Assembly (NCBI GenBank): GCA_046563655.1
Contig: JAJCTO010000009.1
Location: forward strand, 682,001 to 746,000
From: Yuukianura sp. NJ FZ-2021
Lineage: Eukaryota
Reading direction: 5' to 3'
DNA length: 64,000 nucleotides
Shown here: in pieces, positions 53,660 through 64,000 of the stretch
Layout: each line of letters starts with the position of its first letter
How positions within the stretch are numbered: position 1 is the first letter of the stretch
Notes under the pieces: model-generated
The model's input: only the letters and a program-made list of their open reading frames with translations
What the model was told of the DNA's origin: nothing
The model's database searches: none
Program-made: the position numbers and the translations under genes

Positions 53660-56600
53660 CATTCCGCAGTGTTTGTTATTTTGATTAAAATTGTTAGGAA
53701 AGACTTTTTTATGTCATACTACCACCTTGCACTTTCAATAAAGCACACCTGAGTAACTGATGTTCAACAATAATCAAGAATTATATTTTAGCCCAACTCC
53801 ACTATGCAACAAATGCATTAATCTAACCGTCATTTTGGTATAAACTAATGTGGGAACTATACAACGAAATTTTAAACATACTGAAAAATGGAATTTATGC
53901 CTTGTTATCGCTCATAACCATGTTCATGAAACGCATCTAGTACCGGTCCACTTTGTCGTAGTGCATCAACGACTATTACACACGGTGAACCACTTGTTGT
54001 CAGCCTTCACATTTGAGCTCAAAGGAGAAGTGCCGGTGAAATGACAAGCTCGCCCTCACTACAAATACCAACCAGTACTCATTTTGACACCATGAATCAC
54101 AATGACTCCGACGGCAATTTAACTTCAGGGGATCCCATTATTACATTTTCTAAATCAAAATCGAACATTCCGCATTATTTGTTATTTTGATTAAAATTGT
54201 TAGGAAAGACATTTTTATGTCATACTACCACCTTGCACTTCCAATAAAGCACACCTGAATAACTGGTGTTCAACAATTATCTGGAATTATATTTTAGCCC
54301 AACTCCACTATGCAACAAGTGCATAAATCTAACTGTCATTTAGGTTTAACTAATGTGTGAACTATACAACGAAATTTTAAACATACTGAAAAATGGAATT
54401 TATGCCTTGTTATTGCTTATAACGTCTTCATGGAACGCATCTAATACCGGTCCACTTTGTCGTAGTGCATCAACGACTATTACACACGGTGAACCACTTG
54501 TTGTCAGCCTTCATCTTTGAGCTCAAAGGAGAAGTGCCGGTGAAATGACAAGCTCGCCCTCACTACAGATACCAACCAGTACTCATTTTGACACTATGAA
54601 TCACAATGACTCAGACGGCAACTGAACTTCAGGGGAAATCACATTATTACATTTTCTAAATCAAAATCGAACATTCCGCAGTTTTTGTTATTTTGATTTA
54701 AAATTGTTAGGAAAGACTTTTTATGTCATACTACCACCTTGCACTTTCAATAAAGCACACCTCAGTAACTGATGTTCAACACTAATCTGGAATTATATTT
54801 TAGCCCAACTCCACTATGCAACAAGTGCATAAATCTGACTGTCATTTTGGTATAAACTAATGTGGGAACTATACAACGAAGTTTTAAACATACCGAAAAA
54901 TGGAATTTATGCCTTGTTATCGATCATAACCATGTTCATGGAACGCATCTAATACCGGTCCACTTTGTCGTAGTGCATCAACGACTATTACACACGGTGA
55001 ACCAATTGTTGTCAGCCTTCATCTTTGAGCTCAAAGGAGAAGTGCCGGTGAAATGACAAGCTCGCCCTCACTACAAATACCAACCAGTACTCATTTTGAC
55101 ACCATGAATCACAATGACTCCGACGGCAATTTAGCTTCAGGGGATCCCATTATTACATTTTCTAAATCAAAATCGAACATTCCGCATTATTTGTTATTTT
55201 GATTAAAATTGTTAGGAAAGACATTTTTATGTCATACTACCACCTTGCACTTCCAATAAAGCACACCTGAATAACTGGTGTTCAACAATTATCTGGAATT
55301 ATATTTTAGCCCAACTCCACTATGCAACAAGTGCATAAATCTAACCGTCATTTAGGTTTAACTAATGTGTGAACTATACAACGAAATTTTAAACATACTG
55401 AAAAATGGAATTTATGCCTTGTTATTGCTTATAACGTCTTCATGGAACGCATCTAATACCGGTCCACTTTGTCGTAGTGCATCAACGACTATTACACACG
55501 GTGAACCACTTGTTGTCAGCCTTCATCTTTGAGCTCAAAGGAGAAGTGCCGGTGAAATGACAAGCTCGCCCTCACTACAGATACCAACCAGTACTCATTT
55601 TGACACTATGAATCACAATGACTCCGACGGCAACTGAACTTCAGGGAAATCCCATTATTACATTTTCTAAATCAAAATCGAACATTCCGCAGTTTTTGTT
55701 ATTTTGATTTAAATTGTTAGGAAAGACTTTTTTATGTCATACTACCACCTTGCACTTTCAATAAAGCACACCTCAGTAACTGATGTTCAACAATAATCTG
55801 GAATTATATTTTAGCCCAACTCCACTATGCAACAAATGCATTAATCTAACCGTCATTTTGGTATAAACTAATGTGGGAACTATACAACGAAATTTTAAAC
55901 ATACTGAAAAATGGAATTTATGCCTTGTTATCGCTCATAACCATCTTCATGGAACGCATCTACTACCGGTCCACTTTGTCGTAGTGCATCAACGACTATT
56001 ACACACGGTGAACCACTTGTTGTCAGCCTTCACATTTGAGCTCAAAGGAGAAGTGCCGGTCAAATGACAAGCTCGCCCTCACTACAAATACCAACCAGTA
56101 CTCATTTTGACACCATGAATCACAATGACTCCGACGGCAATTTAACTTCAGGGGATCCCATTATTACATTTTCTAAATCAAAATCGAACATTCCGCATTA
56201 TTTGTTATTTTGATTAAAATTGTTAGGAAAGACATTTTTATGTCATACTACCACCTTGCACTTCCAATAAAGCACACCTGAATAACTGGTGTTCAACAAT
56301 AATCTGGAATTATATTTTAGCCTAACTCCACTATGCAACAAATGCATTAATCTAACCGTCATTTAGGTTTAACTAATGTGTGAACAATACAACGAAATTT
56401 TAAACATACTGAAAAATGGAATTTATGCCTTGTTATCGCTTATAACCATCTTCATGGAACGCATCGAATACCGGTCCACTTTGTCGTTGTGCATCAAAGA
56501 CTATTACACACGGTGAACCACTTGTTGTCAGCCTTCATCTTTGAGCTCAAAGGAGAAGTGCCGGTGAAATGACAAGCTCGCCCTCACTACAAATAACAAC

Positions 56601-59600
56601 CAGGACTCATTTTGACACCATGATACACAATGACTCAGACGGCAACTGAAGTTCAGGGAAATCCCATTATTACATTTTCTAAATGAAAATCGAACATTCA
56701 GCATTATTTGTTATTTTGATTAAAATTTTTAGAAAATACTTTTTTATGTCATACTACCACCTTGCACTTCCGATAAAGCACACCTGAATAACTGGTGCTC
56801 AACACTAATCTGGAATTATATTTTAGCCCAACTCCACTATGCAACAAGTGCTTAAATCTAACTGTCATTTTGGTATAAACTAATGTGGGAACTATACAAC
56901 GAAGTTTTAAACATACCGAAAAATGGAATTTATGCCTTGTTATCGCTCATAACCATGTTCATGGAAACGCATCTAGTACCGGTCCACTTTGTCGTAGTGC
57001 ATCAACGACTATTACACACGGTGAACCAATTGTTGTCAGCCTTCACATTTGAGCTCAAAGGAGAAGTGCCGGTGAAATGACAAGCTCGCCCTCACTACAA
57101 ATACCAACCAGTACTCATTTTGACACCATGAATCACAATGACTCCGACGGCAATTTAGCTTCAGGGGATCCCATTATTACATTTTCTAAATCAAAATCGA
57201 ACATTCCGCATTATTTGTTTTTTTGATTAAAATTGTTAGGAAAGACATTTTTATGTCATACTACCACCTTGCACTTCCAATAAAGCACACCTGAATAACT
57301 GGTGTTCAACAATTATCTTTAATTATATTTTAGCCCAACTCCACTATGCAACAAGTGCATAAATCTAACCGTCATTTAGGTTTAACTAATGTGTGAACTA
57401 TACAACGAAATTTTAAACATACTGAAAAATGGAATTTATGCCTTGTTATTGCTTATAACGTCTTCATGGAACGCATCTAATACCGGTCCACTTTGTCGTA
57501 GTGCATCAACGACTATTACACACGGTGAACCACTTGTTGTCAGCCTTCATCTTTGAGCTCAAAAGAGAAGTGCCGGTGAAATGACAAGTTCGCCCTCACT
57601 ACAGATACCAACCAGTACTCATTTTGACACTATGAATCACAATGACTCAGACGGAAACTGAACTTCAGGGGAAATCACATTATTACATTTTCTAAATCAA
57701 AATCGAACATTCCGCAGTTTTTGTTATTTTGATTTAAATTGTTAGGAAAGACTTTTTATGTCATACTACCACCTTGCACTTTCAATAAAGCACACCTCAG
57801 TAACTGATGTTCAACACTAATCTGGAATTATATTTTAGCCCAACTCCACTATGCAACAAGTGCATAAATCTGACTGTCATTTTGGTATAAACTAATGTGG
57901 GAACTATACAACGAAGTTTTAAACATACCGAAAAATGGAATTTATGCCTTGTTATCGATCATAACCATGTTCATGAAACGCATCTAGTACCGGTCCACTT
58001 TGTCGTAGTGCATCAACGACTATTACACACGGTGAACCAATTGTTGTCAGCCTTCACATTTGAGCTCAAAGGAGAAGTGCCGGTGAAATGACAAGCTCGC
58101 CCTCACTACAAATACCAACCAGTACTCATTTTGACACCATGAATCACAATGACTCCGACGGCAATTTAGCTTCAGGGGATCCCATTATTACATTTTCTAA
58201 ATCAAAATCGAACATTCCGCATTATTTGTTTTTTTGATTAAAATTGTTAGGAAAGACATTTTTATGTCATACTACCACCTTGCACTTCCAATAAAGCACA
58301 CCTGAATAACTGGTGTTCAACAATTATCTAGAATTATATTTTAGCCCAACTCCACTATGCAACAAGTGCATAAATCTAACCGTCATTTAGGTTTAACTAA
58401 TGTGTGAACTATACAACGAAATTTTAAACATACTGAAAAATGGAATTTATGCCTTGTTATTGCTTATAACGTCTTCATGGAACGCATCTAATACCGGTCC
58501 ACTTTGTCGTAGTGCATCAACGACTATTACACACGGTGAACCACTTGTTGTCAGCCTTCATCTTTGAGCTCAAAAGAGAAGTGCCGGTGAAATGACAAGC
58601 TCGCCCTCACTACAGATACCAACCAGTACTCATTTTGACACTATGAATCACAATGACTCAGACGGCAACTGAACTTCAGGGGAAATCACATTATTACATT
58701 TTCTAAATCAAAATCGAACATTCCGCAGTTTTTGTTATTTTGATTTAAATTGTTAGGAAAGACTTTTTATGTCATACTACCACCTTGCACTTTCAATAAA
58801 GCACACCTCAGTAACTGATGTTCAACAATAATCTGGAATTATATTTTACCCCAACTCCACTATGCAACAAGTGCATAAATCTGACTGTCATTTTGGTATA
58901 AACTAATGTGGGAACTATACAACGAAGTTTTAAACATACCGAAAAATGGAATTTATGCCTTGTTATCGATCATAACCATGTTCATGAAACGCATCTAGTA
59001 CCGGTCCACTTTGTCGTAGTGCATCAACGACTATTACACACGGTGAACCAATTGTTGTCAGCCTTCACATTTGAGCTCAAAGGAGAAGTGCCGGTGAAAT
59101 GACAAGCTCGCCCTCACTACAAATACCAACCAGTACTCATTTTGACACCATGAATCACAATGACTCCGACGGCAATTTAGCTTCAGGGGATCCCATTATT
59201 ACATTTTCTAAATCAAAATCGAACATTCCGCATTATTTGTTTTTTTGATTAAAATTGTTAGGAAAGACATTTTTATGTCATACTACCACCTTGCACTTCC
59301 AATAAAGCACACCTGAATAACTGGTGTTCAACAATTATCTAGAATTATATTTTAGCCCAACTCCACTATGCAACAAGTGCATAAATCTAACCGTCATTTA
59401 GGTTTAACTAATGTGTGAACTATACAACGAAATTTTAAACACTGAAAAATGGAATTTATGCCTTGTTATTGCTTATAACGTCTTCATGGAACGCATCTAA
59501 TACCGGTCCACTTTGTCGTAGTGCATCAACGACTATTACACACGGTGAACCACTTGTTGTCAGCCTTCATCTTTGAGCTCAAAAGAGAAGTGCCGGTGAA

Positions 59601-62600
59601 ATGACAAGCTCGCCCTCACTACAGATACCAACCAGTACTCATTTTGACACTATGAATCACAATGACTCAGACGGCAACTGAACTTCAGGGGAAATCACAT
59701 TATTACATTTTCTAAATCAAAATCGAACATTCCGCAGTTTTTGTTATTTTGATTTAAATTGTTAGGAAAGACTTTTTTATGTCATACTACCACCTTGCAC
59801 TTTCAATAAAGCACACCTGAGTAACTGATGTTCAACAATAATCAAGAATTATATTTTAGCCCAACTCCACTATGCAACAAATGCATTAATCTAACCGTCA
59901 TTTTGGTATAAACTAATGTGGGAACTATACAACGAAATTTTAAACATACTGAAAAATGGAATTTATGCCTTGTTATCGCTCATAACCATGTTCATGAAAC
60001 GCATCTAGTACCGGTCCACTTTGTCGTAGTGCATCAACGACTATTACACACGGTGAACCACTTGTTGTCAGCCTTCACATTTGAGCTCAAAGGAGAAGTG
60101 CCGGTCAAATGACAAGCTCGCCCTCACTACAAATACCAACCAGTACTCATTTTGACACCATGAATCACAATGACTCCGACGGCAATTTAACTTCAGGGGA
60201 TCCCATTATTACATTTTCTAAATCAAAATCGAACATTCCGCATTATTTGTTTTTTTGATTAAAATTGTTAGGAAAGACATTTTTATGTCATACTACCACC
60301 TTGCACTTCCAATAAAGCACACCTGAATAACTGGTGTTCAACAATAATCTGGAATTATATTTTAGCCTAACTCCACTATGCAACAAATGCATTAATCTAA
60401 CCGTCATTTAGGTTTAACTAATGTGTGAACAATACAACGAAATTTTAAACATACTGAAAAATGGAATTTATGCCTTGTTATCGCTTATAACCATCTTCAT
60501 GGAACGCATCGAATACCGGTCCACTTTGTCGTTGTGCATCAAAGACTATTACACACGGTGAACCACTTGTTGTCAGCCTTCATCTTTGAGCTCAAAGGAG
60601 AAGTGCCGGTGAAATGACAAGCTCGCCCTCACTACAAATAACAACCAGGACTCATTTTGACACCATGATACACAATGACTCAGACGGCAACTGAAGTTCA
60701 GGGGAAATCCCATTATTACATTTTCTAAATGAAAATCGAACATTCAGCATTATTTGTTATTTTGATTAAAATTTTTAGAAAATACTTTTTTATGTCATAC
60801 TACCACCTTGCACTTCCGATAAAGCACACCTGAATAACTGGTGCTCAACACTAATCTGGAATTATATTTTAGCCCAACTCCACTATGCAACAAGTGCTTA
60901 AATCTAACTGTCATTTTGGTATAAACTAATGTGGGAACTATACAACGAAGTTTTAAACATACCGAAAAATGGAATTTATGCCTTGTTATCGCTCATAACC
61001 ATGTTCATGAAACGCATCTAGTACCGGTCCACTTTGTCGTAGTGCATTAACGACTATTACACACGGTGAACCAATTGTTGTCAGCCTTCACATTTGAGCT
61101 CAAAGGAGAAGTGCCGGTGAAATGACAAGCTCGCCCTCACTACAAATACCAACCAGTACTCATTTTGACACCATGAATCACAATGACTCCGACGGCAATT
61201 TAGCTTCAGGGGATCCCATTATTACATTTTCTAAATCAAAATCGAACATTCCGCATTATTTGTTTTTTTGATTAAAATTGTTAGGAAAGACATTTTTATG
61301 TCATACTACCACCTTGCACTTCCAATAAAGCACACCTGAATAACTGGTGTTCAACAATTATCTTTAATTATATTTTAGCCCAACTCCACTATGCAACAAG
61401 TGCATAAATCTAACCGTCATTTAGGTTTAACTAATGTGTGAACTATACAACGAAATTTTAAACATACTGAAAAATGGAATTTATGCCTTGTTATTGCTTA
61501 TAACGTCTTCATGGAACGCATCTAATACCGGTCCACTTTGTCGTAGTGCATCAACGACTATTACACACGGTGAACCACTTGTTGTCAGCCTTCATCTTTG
61601 AGCTCAAAAGAGAAGTGCCGGTGAAATGACAAGTTCGCCCTCACTACAGATACCAACCAGTACTCATTTTGACACTATGAATCACAATGACTCAGACGGA
61701 AACTGAACTTCAGGGGAAATCACATTATTACATTTTCTAAATCAAAATCGAACATTCCGCAGTTTTTGTTATTTTGATTTAAATTGTTAGGAAAGACTTT
61801 TTATGTCATACTACCACCTTGCACTTTCAATAAAGCACACCTCAGTAACTGATGTTCAACACTAATCTGGAATTATATTTTAGCCCAACTCCACTATGCA
61901 ACAAGTGCATAAATCTGACTGTCATTTTGGTATAAACTAATGTGGGAACTATACAACGAAGTTTTAAACATACCGAAAAATGGAATTTATGCCTTGTTAT
62001 CGATCATAACCATGTTCATGAAACGCATCTAGTACCGGTCCACTTTGTCGTAGTGCATCAACGACTATTACACACGGTGAACCAATTGTTGTCAGCCTTC
62101 ACATTTGAGCTCAAAGGAGAAGTGCCGGTGAAATGACAAGCTCGCCCTCACTACAAATACCAACCAGTACTCATTTTGACACCATGAATCACAATGACTC
62201 CGACGGCAATTTAGCTTCAGGGGATCCCATTATTACATTTTCTAAATCAAAATCGAACATTCCGCATTATTTGTTTTTTTGATTAAAATTGTTAGGAAAG
62301 ACATTTTTATGTCATACTACCACCTTGCACTTCCAATAAAGCACACCTGAATAACTGGTGTTCAACAATTATCTAGAATTATATTTTAGCCCAACTCCAC
62401 TATGCAACAAGTGCATAAATCTAACCGTCATTTAGGTTTAACTAATGTGTGAACTATACAACGAAATTTTAAACATACTGAAAAATGGAATTTATGCCTT
62501 GTTATTGCTTATAACGTCTTCATGGAACGCATCTAATACCGGTCCACTTTGTCGTAGTGCATCAACGACTATTACACACGGTGAACCACTTGTTGTCAGC

Positions 62601-64000
62601 CTTCATCTTTGAGCTCAAAAGAGAAGTGCCGGTGAAATGACAAGCTCGCCCTCACTACAGATACCAACCAGTACTCATTTTGACACTATGAATCACAATG
62701 ACTCAGACGGCAACTGAACTTCAGGGGAAATCACATTATTACATTTTCTAAATCAAAATCGAACATTCCGCAGTTTTTGTTATTTTGATTTAAATTGTTA
62801 GGAAAGACTTTTTATGTCATACTACCACCTTGCACTTTCAATAAAGCACACCTCAGTAACTGATGTTCAACAATAATCTGGAATTATATTTTACCCCAAC
62901 TCCACTATGCAACAAATGCATTAATCTAACCGTCATTTAGGTTTAACTAATGTGTGAACAATACAACGAAATTTTAAACATACTGAAAAATGGAATTTAT
63001 GCCTTGTTATCGATCATAACCATGTTCATGAAACGCATCTAGTACCGGTCCACTTTGTCGTAGTGCATCAACGACTATTACACACGGTGAACCAATTGTT
63101 GTCAGCCTTCACATTTGAGCTCAAAGGAGAAGTGCCGGTGAAATGACAAGCTCGCCCTCACTACAAATACCAACCAGTACTCATTTTGACACCATGAATC
63201 ACAATGACTCCGACGGCAATTTAGCTTCAGGGGATCCCATTATTACATTTTCTAAATCAAAATCGAACATTCCGCATTATTTGTTTTTTTGATTAAAATT
63301 GTTAGGAAAGACATTTTTATGTCATACTACCACCTTGCACTTCCAATAAAGCACACCTGAATAACTGGTGTTCAACAATTATCTAGAATTATATTTTAGC
63401 CCAACTCCACTATGCAACAAGTGCATAAATCTAACCGTCATTTAGGTTTAACTAATGTGTGAACTATACAACGAAATTTTAAACATACTGAAAAATGGAA
63501 TTTATGCCTTGTTATTGCTTATAACGTCTTCATGGAACGCATCTAATACCGGTCCACTTTGTCGTAGTGCATCAACGACTATTACACACGGTGAACCACT
63601 TGTTGTCAGCCTTCATCTTTGAGCTCAAAATAGAAGTGCCGGTGAAATGACAAGCTCGCCCTCACTACAGATACCAACCAGTACTCATTTTGACACTATG
63701 AATCACAATGACTCAGACGGCAACTGAACTTCAGGGAAATCACATTATTACATTTTCTAAATCAAAATCGAACATTCCGCAGTTTTTGTTATTTTGATTT
63801 AAATTGTTAGGAAAGACTTTTTATGTCATACTACCACCTTGCACTTTCAATAAAGCACACCTCAGTAACTGATGTTCAACAATAATCTGGAATTATATTT
63901 TACCCCAACTCCACTATGCAACAAATGCATTAATCTAACCGTCATTTAGGTTTAACTATTGTGTGAACAATACAACGAAATTTTAAACATACTGAAAAAT

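Larger units (their letters stand above)
33972..64000. repeat. Tandem satellite DNA array, ~506-bp monomer, right arm
   Basis: Same monomer and orientation as the left arm. It resumes in register after the retrotransposon (CTGTC ATTTAGGTTT) and runs off the right edge. Confidence 0.98.

Noticed and set aside
56883..57080. Frameshifted ATG-initiated variant ORF (also 8700-8918 and 36384-36608)
   Set aside because: Each is created by a single-base indel in one monomer, and at least two coincide with suspected consensus artefacts.
403..62136. Tandem multigene family encoding a 64-aa His-rich peptide (MGTIQRSF...)
   Set aside because: It starts at GTG in a eukaryotic context, and the start or frame is lost (GTGTGA, GTAGGA) in most monomers. 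Variants are largely non-synonymous and I recognise no domain. It is a chance open frame of the satellite.
1..64000. CRISPR array, integron-like cassette array, or tandem 5S/tRNA/snRNA/spliced-leader gene cluster
   Set aside because: There are no unique spacers or cassettes between repeats. I recognise no structural RNA gene, Pol III box pair or spliced-leader sequence in the monomer. An Infernal/Rfam scan was not run and would settle this.

Overview
Eukaryotic, probably invertebrate, heterochromatin-type DNA with no host genes. About 86% of the window is a head-to-tail array of roughly 109 copies (estimated from length) of a ~506-bp AT-rich satellite monomer, with local higher-order structure: a ~1011-bp dimer, a 4045-bp 8-mer, a 2504-bp 5-mer and an ~8.67-kb block. 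Two mobile elements interrupt it. (1) A complete, very young BEL/Pao LTR retrotransposon on the minus strand at 27366-33971, with apparently identical 288-bp LTRs, a 5-bp CTGTC target-site duplication, a tRNA-Phe-like PBS, a PPT and one intact gag-pol ORF. (2) Three apparently identical 750-bp non-autonomous Helentron-type (HINE/DINE-1-like) elements at the same T-run of the monomer, best explained as one insertion that the array later amplified. Empty-site paralogues of both insertions are visible inside the window. The repeated 64-aa ORF is a by-product of the satellite. Several 1-bp insertions combine two alternative alleles and suggest consensus/polishing artefacts. I do not see firm evidence for a new protein-coding system. 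The novelty lies in the element families and in the array dynamics. All comparisons were made by eye.
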